Positions 1 to 7,936 of a stretch of 64,000 nucleotides of DNA are shown here, in pieces. Position 1 is the first letter of the stretch. Each line of letters starts with the position of its first letter. A model generated the notes under the pieces. It did not search any database. It worked only from the letters and a program-made list of their open reading frames with translations, and was not told the DNA's origin. This DNA comes from Candidatus Micrarchaeota archaeon (GTDB taxonomy: Archaea; Micrarchaeota; Micrarchaeia; Norongarragalinales; Norongarragalinaceae), in contig CAZVVY010000004.1 in NCBI GenBank assembly GCA_964630975.1, positions 37,912-101,911 of the forward strand, given 5' to 3'. A program made the position numbers and the translations under genes.

Positions 1-353
1 AAAAGGAACACGGCTTGCTTGAAGTCGGAATTCAAGAGCTTGAACAGCAACTCGGAAGACAAGTGATAGGGTAGGTTTCCGAAAACCGCGTCGAAGCCGT
101 TGAAAGACGATTGGCGGGCGTCGGCGCGCACGCAGTCCACGTTACTGAATTTTTCTACGGCCGCCAAAAGCGATGGAAAAAGTTTTTCGTCGACTTCGAT
201 TGCCCGAACGCTTTTCGCGCGCTTCGCCAACTCGGTTGTCAACGCGCCTTTTCCCGCACCTATTTCTAGTACGCGCTTGCCTTTTAGCGGAATGGTTTCG
301 GCTATTGTTTTCGCAACGGTTTTCGCCGCCAAAAAGTTTTGGCTCGGCTTCAT
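1..353 (-). CDS. rsmA: 16S rRNA (adenine-N6,N6)-dimethyltransferase KsgA/Dim1, N-terminal 117 codons (rest runs off the window)
   Basis: Not in the ORF track because it is open at the window edge. Own minus-strand translation from ATG at 353: MKPSQNFLAAKTVAKTIAETIPLKGKRVLEIGAGKGALTTELA...FGNLPYHLSSELLFKLL. It has a QNFL start, SAM motif I (VLEIGAGKG) and the NLPY motif. It lies in the conserved archaeal L21e-RpoF-DUF655-KsgA gene string. Confidence 0.85.
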   Translation of the reverse strand, partial: MKPSQNFLAAKTVAKTIAETIPLKGKRVLEIGAGKGALTTELAKRAKSVRAIEVDEKLFPSLLAAVEKFSNVDCVRADARQSSFNGFDAVFGNLPYHLSSELLFKLLNSDFKQAVFL

Positions 354-357
354 CGCG

Positions 358-939
358 TTAGAAACGCTCCGAACGCATTGGCTTCGTAAACAAGTAGTAT
401 TTTGCGTCGCCCGACAACTCGTGGACTACGCGCTCGCAAACGATTTCCACTACGCCGCCCAAGTGGTGGACGCGGCCGTTGAAGTCCTCGAAAGACTCGA
501 ACGGCTTTTTTTCACGCGCCTCCAAAATAGCTTTCAAGTGTTTTTTGCCTACTCCCGGCAAGTGCTCCAACACGTGTGTTCTCATCGTAATCGAGCCCGC
601 ACGGTTCAGGAAAGAAACTATTTTTTCTTCTTTTCCCGTAACCAGTTTTTTGATTAAGTCGTCGGCTTCCGCCTTCGCCGAATTAGTGAGTTCGGAATAT
701 TTTAAGCGCCCGCGAATCCTGTCGATTTTCTCGCGTTCTTCCTTGCCGACGTAAACCGTTTCGCCGACGTCGAAGGAAGCGCCTTCCTTGGGCACGGCTT
801 CAAGCAAAGTAAAGCTTTCAGTGCCCAAGAGTTGCACTAATGGTTCGCGTTTTGCTTCGCCGGACTTGCCGTAAGGCAGAAAATCCAGTACCAATGCCTG
901 TTCTTCGCGGCCCAACACTTTGAATCCCTCACAACCCAA
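358..939 (-). CDS. DUF655-type archaeal nucleic-acid-binding protein (N-terminal OB-like part plus C-terminal helix-hairpin-helix)
   Basis: 193-aa ORF. LEHLPGVGKKHLKAILEAREKKPFESFEDF is an HhH motif. Conserved position between rpoF and ksgA. Confidence 0.7.
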   Translation of the reverse strand: MGCEGFKVLGREEQALVLDFLPYGKSGEAKREPLVQLLGTESFTLLEAVPKEGASFDVGETVYVGKEEREKIDRIRGRLKYSELTNSAKAEADDLIKKLVTGKEEKIVSFLNRAGSITMRTHVLEHLPGVGKKHLKAILEAREKKPFESFEDFNGRVHHLGGVVEIVCERVVHELSGDAKYYLFTKPMRSERF

Positions 940-1002
940 CTACCGATAACTAAAACACATTAGGCGTTTCAAGCTATTAAAACCGTTGTCACGACAGCCC
1001 CC

Positions 1003-1338
1003 TTACTTCTTGGGTTTGAACTTCTTGACTACGTCCATTACCTGCTTGACTTGGTCGTCCGACAACGGCTCGCCGCCGAAAGCCACTGCAGACTTGACGT
1101 AAGCCTGTTTGATAGGCAACAAGTTCACTAGCGCCTCGACTTGCTTTTCGGAAAGGAAGCCGAGTTTGTCGAGTTCCTTAGCCAAATCCTTTGCTTTCTT
1201 CTTGTCCAAATAAGAGAATTGCTGTGAATACTCGTAAGCGCGCTGTTGCTCGAACGAGAGCTCGCCCGCCTTCTGGCGCTTGTCCAGTATTTCGCGGGCT
1301 TCATCCAAAACAACGGGTTTTTCAGACAACTTCTCCAT
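1003..1338 (-). CDS. rpoF: DNA-directed RNA polymerase subunit F (Rpo4, Rpb4 homologue)
   Basis: 111 aa, helical, K/E-rich. LSFEQQRAYEYSQQFSYL...ELDKLGFLSEKQVEALVNLLP resembles the RpoF HRDC-like fold. It starts 3 nt after the rpl21e stop. Confidence 0.8.
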   Translation of the reverse strand: MEKLSEKPVVLDEAREILDKRQKAGELSFEQQRAYEYSQQFSYLDKKKAKDLAKELDKLGFLSEKQVEALVNLLPIKQAYVKSAVAFGGEPLSDDQVKQVMDVVKKFKPKK

Positions 1339-1341
1339 TCT

Positions 1342-1620
1342 TCAAGCACCAACCAAGTGGGCGTTGCCCACTACCAACTCCTTAACCTTGTCGCCGTCCT
1401 TGATTCCGACTACGTAACTCTTGCCTTGACGGCCCTTTACAATGCCGACCTTGCCGTTAAAGCGCAGGGTGGACGGCCTGCCCGACTTAACGGACGGGTT
1501 CAACTTCAGCCGAACCCTTTCTCCTTCCTTGAACTCCTTGAGCGCCGCGGCGGCGGTCAAGCGACCCAAGCTCTTGAAGTGCCTGCTCCTGCGAACGTTT
1601 TGGCCACGAGAATGCTTCAA
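1342..1620 (-). CDS. rpl21e: 50S ribosomal protein L21e
   Basis: 92 aa. MKHSRGQNVRRSRHFKS...FNGKVGIVKGRQGKSYVVGIKDGDK matches the L21e family pattern. Confidence 0.9.
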   Translation of the reverse strand: MKHSRGQNVRRSRHFKSLGRLTAAAALKEFKEGERVRLKLNPSVKSGRPSTLRFNGKVGIVKGRQGKSYVVGIKDGDKVKELVVGNAHLVGA

Positions 1621-1782
1621 AGTAATCGCCTCAAAAATTTGTCAATACATAGTGCGGTTGCACGTATTAAAAACTATTTGATGGCCTTAAATACGTTTTC
1701 AAACAAAAAAAACGCGCACTTAAATAAGTATTTAAAGGCCAAAACACAACGTTTTTAAAGCAAATCGGGGGCATTAAACAAA

Positions 1783-2109
1783 ATGGTTAAGAAAAAAGCG
1801 AAAAAAACCGTGAAAAAACGCGGTAAAAAAAAGAGGATGAACACCGGCTTCAAAGTCGAAAACATCGTTGCAAGCGCCAACCTCGGCGTGGAACTCGACT
1901 TGTTCAACATCGCCATGGGCCTAGAAAACGTGGAGTACGAGCCCGAACAATTTCCGGGCGCCATAATGCGCCTGAAAAGAATCCGCACCACGCTGTTGCT
2001 CTTCAAGAACGGCAAAGTGATTTGCTCGGGAGCCAAGAGCGAGGCGCAAATCGGGCGCAGCATTAAGACGGCGGCCAAAATACTCAATAAATACGCCAAA
2101 TGGGAGTAA
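1783..2109 (+). CDS. Single-repeat TATA-box-binding-protein-like protein (one TBP fold repeat preceded by a Lys-rich tail)
   Basis: 108 aa. VENIVASANLGVELDLFNIAMGLENVEYEPEQFPGAIMRLKRIRTTLLLFKNGKVICSGAKSEAQ aligns by eye with one TBP repeat (compare Pyrococcus C-repeat ...EYEPEQFPGVIYR...LLFSSGKIVCSGAKSE). Only about 160 nt of non-coding DNA lies upstream and the 5S rRNA lies 40 nt downstream, so there is no room for a second repeat. Confidence 0.8.
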   Translation: MVKKKAKKTVKKRGKKKRMNTGFKVENIVASANLGVELDLFNIAMGLENVEYEPEQFPGAIMRLKRIRTTLLLFKNGKVICSGAKSEAQIGRSIKTAAKILNKYAKWE

Positions 2110-2121
2110 AACAGAAAAGCA

Positions 2122-2127
2122 TTTAAA
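2122..2127 (+). promoter_or_regulatory. TATA-like element (TTTAAA) about 25 nt upstream of the 5S rRNA 5' end
   Basis: The sequence aaagcaTTTAAAgcactcc is spaced as expected for an archaeal TATA box relative to the 5S start near 2150. Confidence 0.35.
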
Positions 2128-2149
2128 GCACTCCTTCCCGAATATTAAT

Positions 2150-2268
2150 GGTCAGCGGCCATAGGAGAGGGGCATACGCCCGTTCCCATCCCGAACACGG
2201 AAGCAAAGCCCTCTTACGACTTCGCGAGTACTGTGCTCCGCACGGAAAACCGGGTTGCTGCTGCCACT
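2150..2268 (+). rRNA. 5S ribosomal RNA (orphan, not linked to 16S/23S in this window)
   Basis: GGTCAGCGGCCATAGGAGAGGGGCATACGCCCGTTCCCATCCCGAACACGGAAGCAAAGCCCTCTTACGACTTCGCGAGTACTG...GCTGCTGCCAC. It contains the universal 5S CCGAAC / GAACACGGAAG / AGTACTG blocks. The ends are approximate (+/-3 nt). Confidence 0.9.
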
Positions 2269-2345
2269 AAAATTAATTGCGGTGAGCCGTCGGCATAACC
2301 GTTTAAAACCACGCAAAGCTAATTATTTGAGTCAAACGGGTTGAA

Positions 2346-2651
2346 ATGGATTTTAACACGGCGGTAATGTACGGCTTCGGCACGCTCGCCATCCTAATGT
2401 CCGCACTATTCATAATGCAGACGTACAACGAGCACACGAGCGCGGTCGAAAAACTGCGCGAAAACAAGCGCCGGCTCGACGAAGCTCGCGACCGGGCCAA
2501 AAAAGTTTTGAAGAAGGCGAAGACGGCGAGCATCAAGCTAAAGAAAAAGGCGGGAGTGCGCGAAGCCGAAAGAATGTTTTCGAAGGCCACCACGAAAATG
2601 CTTACCGCAACAATAAAAGTTAGGAAAAAGAAGAGAGGTAAAAGGAAATGA
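2346..2651 (+). CDS. Hypothetical membrane-anchored protein (one N-terminal TM helix, K/R-rich coiled-coil tail)
   Basis: 101 aa. The hydrophobic stretch FGTLAILMSALFIM is followed by a charged helix. It has an ATGA overlap with the next gene. Confidence 0.55.
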   Translation: MDFNTAVMYGFGTLAILMSALFIMQTYNEHTSAVEKLRENKRRLDEARDRAKKVLKKAKTASIKLKKKAGVREAERMFSKATTKMLTATIKVRKKKRGKRK

Positions 2652-2914
2652 GTGAATCGCTTAGCATCGTGTCAATCGCGCTCATACTCGCGACCGTGAT
2701 AATCTTTATTTTATTGGCGCGCACCACTTATGAATACAAGCGCCAAGTGCGGTTGGCGACCCGGCACTTGGACCGCGAAACCGCGAAGCTGGAAACTCAA
2801 ATCGATTCCCTGGAAAATGATTTCGACCGCCTCGTCAAGGAGGCGAACGGAAAAATCGATAAGAAATACTTGGAAAAAAGAATTCGCGGTTTAAGCGACT
2901 TACTCAACCAGTAA
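2648..2914 (+). CDS. Hypothetical membrane-anchored coiled-coil protein
   Basis: 88 aa. TM helix IVSIALILATVIIFILLA followed by a charged helix. Same architecture as the upstream gene. Confidence 0.55.
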   Translation: MSESLSIVSIALILATVIIFILLARTTYEYKRQVRLATRHLDRETAKLETQIDSLENDFDRLVKEANGKIDKKYLEKRIRGLSDLLNQ

Positions 2915-2921
2915 CGTCACA

Positions 2922-3746
2922 TCAACCGATGACGAAGTCGACAACGAACTGGCTCGTGCGCGGCGCATAAGGCCGCACCATTCGCTCGCCCTCGAAAACC
3001 GCTTTTCGGTTGTGCGCCGCACACTTTTCACTAATCAATTTTTTCGCTTCGGAGTAAAGGTCTCCGGTCGGCCCGAACCCGTAAAAATGAATTTTGCAGC
3101 CCGGTTTCTGGTTCGGAATGACGTCGTCCAAGAAGTCGGCGCCCGTGTGCGGCAACGGCATCAAAACGCGGTCGGCCCAACTCCTTTTCGCCGGCAAAAA
3201 GTCGCGTGCGTCCGCGCAAACCGCTTCGACTCTGCCGCCTACCTTGTTCAAAGAAACGTTTTCCTTCATTGCTTGGGCGGCGTAAGGGTTCAATTCGACT
3301 CCGATGCACTGCACGCTTTTTGCCTTGGAGATTACTATGGGGAACGGCCCGACTCCCGCAAACAAGGCAAGTATTCTTTCGCCTTCTTGGGTCAGGCCGC
3401 GTATGCGGGCGCGCTCGGTCGACAGTCGCGGCGAAAAATAGGTGCGAGCCAAATCGAATTTGAATACGCACCCGTTTTCGCGGTACTCCGCCATCGTGGT
3501 TTTCTCGCCGGCGAGCCACTCGAATTCGCGGACACGGTATTCCCCCTTCATCGCACTCTTTTTTCGCAGGACGGTCTTCAAGTGAGGGTGCAACTCCATC
3601 AACCGCTCCGCCAAAAACTCCTTTTTGTGCTCGAGTTCGGGGCGCACCTCGATCACTGCGGTCGCCCCCAACACGTCGAAGCCGCCCGTGAAGCACGCGA
3701 TTTCTTCTTCCGACAACTCGCCGCGCAACGAATCCTTCCACTTCAT
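2922..3746 (-). CDS. trm5: tRNA (guanine37-N1)-methyltransferase Trm5 / Taw22-type class I SAM methyltransferase
   Basis: 274 aa. DLARTYFSPRLSTERARI (the Trm5 YFSPRL motif), SAM-binding ILALFAGVGPFPI, and the NP motif VELNPYA. Confidence 0.85.
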   Translation of the reverse strand: MKWKDSLRGELSEEEIACFTGGFDVLGATAVIEVRPELEHKKEFLAERLMELHPHLKTVLRKKSAMKGEYRVREFEWLAGEKTTMAEYRENGCVFKFDLARTYFSPRLSTERARIRGLTQEGERILALFAGVGPFPIVISKAKSVQCIGVELNPYAAQAMKENVSLNKVGGRVEAVCADARDFLPAKRSWADRVLMPLPHTGADFLDDVIPNQKPGCKIHFYGFGPTGDLYSEAKKLISEKCAAHNRKAVFEGERMVRPYAPRTSQFVVDFVIG

Positions 3747-3781
3747 AACGATTTAAAGAAAGGCACGCGTTAAAATGGGTT

Positions 3782-4594
3782 ATGGGATTCGTCGAAGAAC
3801 ACTTTTTGAACCCGATGCGCTACCCTGAGTATTACGCTCCCTACAACTGGGTTAACACGCTCGCCTATGCGGCCTCCGCAGTGTTCGCCGCGTACCTGCT
3901 TTACGGCCTCATCAAGCGCAAGGGCTTCAAACTCGACGAAAAATTCGCGGAAGCCGTGCTTCCCTTCGTGGTGTTCGGCAGCGCTCTCCGAGTCGTAACC
4001 GACGCCGGAATACTGCCGAGGACCGTTGTTTTTCACGGTTTCGAGTTGCACCCTTTCATCAGCCCGGGCATTTACTTCGTGACCTTCGCCTCAATGGTTG
4101 CCGGCTTCGCAATCGCGCGCTTGATGGGGGGAAACTGGTTGCGAAACGCGTTCGGGCTCGGGTCCGTGCTCGCAATAATTCCTTTGGCCGCACTCCTTCC
4201 GTACTACGCTTACTGGGGGCACGCAATCGCGATAACGGTCGTGCCCTTGCTTGCGCTGGCCGCCTACGAGTTCGCTTGGAAGAACGGGAAAGGGTTGTTC
4301 GAGCGCCTCACCGTTTTCGGTCAGGGGTTGGACGGCGCCGCCTCTTTCATAGGCATTCAATTCGGGACCCCCACCCAATCATACTTCGAGCAACACGTGG
4401 TCGGCGCCGCAATAATGGATTCGGCTCCCGTCGCCTTCCTCATCGTGAAACTAGTTTTCGCGTTCCTGGTCTTGGCGGCTTTGAGGCACGGAGAAGACGA
4501 TTCACAGGAAAGAAAATTCATTTTGTTGCTCGTCGCAATATTCGGGTTGGCTCCCGGCCTCCGCGACTTGCTCCGCATAATGTGCGGCGTATAA
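3782..4594 (+). CDS. Polytopic membrane protein (DUF63-like, recalled from memory only)
   Basis: 270 aa with about 7-8 hydrophobic helices. It lies between the two wyosine-pathway genes trm5 and taw1. Confidence 0.6.
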   Translation: MGFVEEHFLNPMRYPEYYAPYNWVNTLAYAASAVFAAYLLYGLIKRKGFKLDEKFAEAVLPFVVFGSALRVVTDAGILPRTVVFHGFELHPFISPGIYFVTFASMVAGFAIARLMGGNWLRNAFGLGSVLAIIPLAALLPYYAYWGHAIAITVVPLLALAAYEFAWKNGKGLFERLTVFGQGLDGAASFIGIQFGTPTQSYFEQHVVGAAIMDSAPVAFLIVKLVFAFLVLAALRHGEDDSQERKFILLLVAIFGLAPGLRDLLRIMCGV

Positions 4595-4623
4595 ATATTC
4601 GGATAACACGCAAGATATAACGT

Positions 4624-4773
4624 ATGTTCGCTTTGGGCGTAATCAAGGTGTGTATCGCCGCGTTCCTAATCGCGGAAATGAACAACATGTTCCTCTTATT
4701 CCCGCACTTCGTAAGCGAAGGTGAGCGAGCGGCTTATTGGCTCGTCATAATCGGGTTATTCGCCTTTTTCTAG
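4624..4773 (+). CDS. Possible 49-aa two-helix membrane micro-protein
   Basis: Own translation: MFALGVIKVCIAAFLIAEMNNMFLLFPHFVSEGERAAYWLVIIGLFAFF. Below the track cutoff. Overlaps the taw1 3' end by 29 nt. Confidence 0.3.
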   Translation: MFALGVIKVCIAAFLIAEMNNMFLLFPHFVSEGERAAYWLVIIGLFAFF

Positions 4774-5716
4774 CGGTTTCCCGGTCGCGGCTCAACAACA
4801 CGACTCGCGACTCCTCCTGCTCGTCCGTGAACACGAAACCGGTTTCTTCGGCTATTTCGTCGGCGAACTCACGGATTTCCTCGTGGGACGCCATGTATTC
4901 AGGGCCCAATCGGTCACGCGAGTACCCGACGGCCATGTACGACTTGGCTTCCACCCAGTCGGGGTCCGCCAACTTAACCCATTTAGCGAATTCTTCGGGC
5001 GCCTCCATGTTGAGGCCCTTGGTAAGCGTCAACCGGATTACGCGCCGCGTCTTCAAGGAAGGAAACAATTCAAGGGTTTCCACGAGTTTTTGCCACGCCC
5101 CCGCTATTTCGGGCTGGTTTACCTTGCGGCACGACTCCTCGCCGGTCGCACACAACGAAACGTATAACTGAGTCGGTAACGCTCCACGCTCGTCCAAGGC
5201 GCGCAAGGCATCGGGCCGCGTGCCGTTCGTAACGAGAAAGGTAGTCATTCCCCGAGAGCGCGCTTCGGCAATGAATTCGGCTAGGCGCGGGTAAAGAGTG
5301 GGCTCGCCGGCAAGCGAAATCGCGACTTGTTTCGGGTTCTGTGCTTCCCGCCACTTTTGCTTGTTCGCTTTTTCGTTTCCCTTGAAGCCCGTCAAAAGCT
5401 TTCTCTGCGCTTCAATACACGCGTCCAGTATTTCAGCGGGTGAATCCGTTTCAAAGCCGTCCATTTCCGTGCCCAGGTTCGCCTCAATGCTTCGCCAACA
5501 ATGCAGGCAGCGGAACCCGCACCAGTAAAGCGCGGGAGTCATTTGAAGGCAGCGATGGCACGGAATGCCGTAAAACTTTTGCTTGTAACAATGGCCGTCG
5601 TCCAGCAAAGCGCGCTTGGTCCAACCGCACACTTTGGCCGCCGAATGCTTTTTTTCGCCTACAACCGCGTAATGCTGGCGCTCATACTTTTCAACGAATT
5701 CGCTTGGAACTTTCAT
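4745..5716 (-). CDS. taw1: 4-demethylwyosine synthase Taw1/TYW1 (radical SAM)
   Basis: 323 aa. Cys clusters CYKQKFYGIPCHRCLQMTP and WCGFRCLHCW (CxxxCxxC-like radical-SAM cluster), plus ISLAGEPTLYP and FLVTNGT motifs. Confidence 0.85.
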   Translation of the reverse strand: MKVPSEFVEKYERQHYAVVGEKKHSAAKVCGWTKRALLDDGHCYKQKFYGIPCHRCLQMTPALYWCGFRCLHCWRSIEANLGTEMDGFETDSPAEILDACIEAQRKLLTGFKGNEKANKQKWREAQNPKQVAISLAGEPTLYPRLAEFIAEARSRGMTTFLVTNGTRPDALRALDERGALPTQLYVSLCATGEESCRKVNQPEIAGAWQKLVETLELFPSLKTRRVIRLTLTKGLNMEAPEEFAKWVKLADPDWVEAKSYMAVGYSRDRLGPEYMASHEEIREFADEIAEETGFVFTDEQEESRVVLLSRDRETARKRRITRL

Positions 5717-5751
5717 AACCCAATAAGGAGCGTCGAAGGAAAAGAAAAGGG

Positions 5752-6006
5752 TTATTGTTTTCGTTGTTCCCCGGAGCCCTGGTGGCCAACCGGCATTTCA
5801 ACGAAGCGCACCTTGCCTTGGCCCGCCGTATAAATAACGCGGATTACGCCGGAAATCATTCCCGCGTCCTCCAGCTTCTGGAAGAATTCAAGAGTGGTGT
5901 CCTCTTTTACGCCTACCGCTCCCTCGAACACGGCGTCAACGGGCTCAAAGCCGTCCTCCTTCTTCAAGGCATCCAAAATCTTCAAAACTTCTTCCTTGGT
6001 ATTCAC
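5752..6006 (-). CDS. Hypothetical 84-aa protein
   Basis: Clean ORF with plausible composition. No motif recognised. Confidence 0.45.
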   Translation of the reverse strand: MNTKEEVLKILDALKKEDGFEPVDAVFEGAVGVKEDTTLEFFQKLEDAGMISGVIRVIYTAGQGKVRFVEMPVGHQGSGEQRKQ

Positions 6007-6119
6007 GGCGAAAACACACCTCTGAAACCAATTAACCGCGCTCGCATTAATAAACCCGGCGCACTAAAAACGTATTTAAATCGGTGAACAGTTAATTTCA
6101 AAGAGGGTGAACGTTCAAA

Positions 6120-6407
6120 ATGGTTAAGTACGCTATAGCAAAACAACTCGCAGGAAAGAAGATTATTACTACGGACGGTGAAGAACTCGGCCGGGTAATC
6201 GACTTGTACTTCGATGAGAGAAGCGGCCGCCTCGAAAAAGTAATCATCGAGCCCAACCCCGAATCGTCGCTCGCCGAAAAAGCGGGGCATGAAGCAGGGG
6301 GATACATAACCATCCCGTATTCGGCGGTTCTCGACGTAAAAGACGTGATGGTCGTCGACAGGCGCGCCCTCGCCGGAAACGCCCCTTCACACGTTTTCAA
6401 CGCGTAA
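6120..6407 (+). CDS. PRC-barrel domain protein
   Basis: 95 aa. LAGKKIITTDGEELGRVIDLYFDERSGRLEKVII...IPYSAVLDVKDVMVV is the typical PRC-barrel pattern. Confidence 0.7.
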   Translation: MVKYAIAKQLAGKKIITTDGEELGRVIDLYFDERSGRLEKVIIEPNPESSLAEKAGHEAGGYITIPYSAVLDVKDVMVVDRRALAGNAPSHVFNA

Positions 6408-7385
6408 GAGTGGACCTTCCCGAATTATTTTCGCGCCCAACTTTTTTCGGGCTTCCCCGATTTTTCCTTTTCTAACTAATTCCAGCGCTTGGTCCACTAG
6501 GAACGCGTTGGCCGAAAGCCAATCACCCGCCTCGCGCGCCGCCCCCTCTTTTTCCCGGAAGTCCTTTATCGCCGCCAAGCGCTGTTCACGGACGAAGTCG
6601 CGTTTAGGCTCCGCAGCCGAAGGCGAAACGAAAGAATAGTATTCCTGCAAGGCCGCACTCAACGAATCGAATTCCTTGAATTCCTTGCCCCCCATTTTCT
6701 TCAAGGGAAACGGCGAGAAGGCAACCGGCTTTCCTTCCTCAAAATAAACGACGGGCCTCGCTTCCGAGAACAAGGACAATGCGGCTTCCCGGATTGCCCC
6801 CGCCTTTTCAGCATCCAACTCCTCCTTGAATCCGACTCCGGCGCGCGCGCAGGCTTCCTCCAAGTAAAAAGGGGGCAACTCCAATGATTTGGATAGGGCG
6901 GGTACGGCCTTGCCGGTTGAAGGGAATCCGGCGGTTCGCGGGTCCTCCTTGGGCGAAGGGGGAGGCGAATAAGTTTCGCCCGGCTTCAAGGTGCGCGCCG
7001 AAAACTCTTCGAACTTGAAGGGGCGGATTATCCTTCCTCCCTCCAACAACAAAAGGTTTCCCTTGGAAAACAATTCGAACACCAGCGACTTATCGCCGAA
7101 GCCGACGCGCAACAAGCGATCGAACCCGATTTGGGTTACCGAGGAAACTCGTTTGCCCCTCAAATGTTTTCTCAACAGCATTGCGAACTGTGAAGGGCTT
7201 TTCGGGGCCGGCTTGCGCTCGCCCAAAAAAGCGTGTTCGCCGAGGCGCACTACCAAGTCCTTTTTGCCGAACCTGAAACGAAAATCCTTTTCGCCGCACT
7301 GGTATGCGTTGTCCAAGCGCGCCCCCTCCAAGGAGGCGAGCTCGCGCGACAAAAAGAATACGTCGAGGTTCCCCGTTTCCTGCAT
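6387..7385 (-). CDS. NFACT-N (FbpA/Rqc2/NEMF N-terminal) domain protein; N-terminal half of a split Rqc2 homologue
   Basis: The ORF track gives 6387..7418. I prefer ATG at 7385 (MQETGNLDVFFLSRELASLEGARLDNAYQ...). FELFSKGNLLLL and the following helical region match the NFACT-N plus first coiled-coil helix. The protein ends without an NFACT-R domain. Confidence 0.75.
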   Translation of the reverse strand: MQETGNLDVFFLSRELASLEGARLDNAYQCGEKDFRFRFGKKDLVVRLGEHAFLGERKPAPKSPSQFAMLLRKHLRGKRVSSVTQIGFDRLLRVGFGDKSLVFELFSKGNLLLLEGGRIIRPFKFEEFSARTLKPGETYSPPPSPKEDPRTAGFPSTGKAVPALSKSLELPPFYLEEACARAGVGFKEELDAEKAGAIREAALSLFSEARPVVYFEEGKPVAFSPFPLKKMGGKEFKEFDSLSAALQEYYSFVSPSAAEPKRDFVREQRLAAIKDFREKEGAAREAGDWLSANAFLVDQALELVRKGKIGEARKKLGAKIIREGPLLRVENV

Positions 7386-7447
7386 GGAAGTAGTTGGTCG
7401 AAACGCGAATAATAACATATTTATATCTCTTCCGATATAACTCGTTT

Positions 7448-7936
7448 ATGAAAAAAGGCGGTTCGCGCGACCACGTCACGTTCTTCGTAAAGGGCGTGCT
7501 CGACTTATTCATACTTACCGAGTTGGAGCGCGGGCCGGCTTCGGGCAAGGAATTAATGGAGAAAATTGATTTCGTTACGGGGGAAAACTGGAAGCCCAGT
7601 CCCGGCACGACTTACCCGGTCCTCAGGAAAATGGAGGGGGAGGGGCTCGTGAAAGGCGGACTGTCCAAGGACAAGGGAAGGCGCAAAATCAATTACTCCT
7701 TGACGGCGAAAGGCCGCAAGGAGGCCGGGGAACGCCGGGCAAAAGCGACGTCCTCGGCGGGAACCGTGCTCCAAGTAATGATACCATTAAAGATGCGTAT
7801 GCTGTACGGTTTTAACGACGAGGAAATAAGCGGATTGCACGAAGCAATACGCGAACGCCTCGAAAAGCCGCGTAAAAAAAGCGACCGAAAAAAAGCGGTG
7901 AAAAAACTGGCTTCCGCGTGGAGGAACCTGCGTTGA
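7448..7936 (+). CDS. PadR-family winged-helix transcriptional regulator
   Basis: The track ORF starts at 7394. ATG at 7448 gives MKKGGSRDHVTFFVKGVLDLFILTELERGPASGKELMEKI...PSPGTTYPVLRKMEGEGLV, the PadR signature. Confidence 0.8.
   Translation: MKKGGSRDHVTFFVKGVLDLFILTELERGPASGKELMEKIDFVTGENWKPSPGTTYPVLRKMEGEGLVKGGLSKDKGRRKINYSLTAKGRKEAGERRAKATSSAGTVLQVMIPLKMRMLYGFNDEEISGLHEAIRERLEKPRKKSDRKKAVKKLASAWRNLR

Noticed and set aside
100-657. 185-aa plus-strand ORF (and 173..361, 479..754) overlapping ksgA and the DUF655 gene
   Set aside because: These are shadow ORFs antisense to two well-supported minus-strand genes. The translations are low-complexity (F/A/R-rich) with no motifs.
3012-3773. 253-aa plus-strand ORF and a 236-aa alternative-frame minus ORF over the trm5 locus
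   Set aside because: Both are R/G/P-rich antisense or off-frame translations. The 274-aa frame carries the Trm5 motifs.
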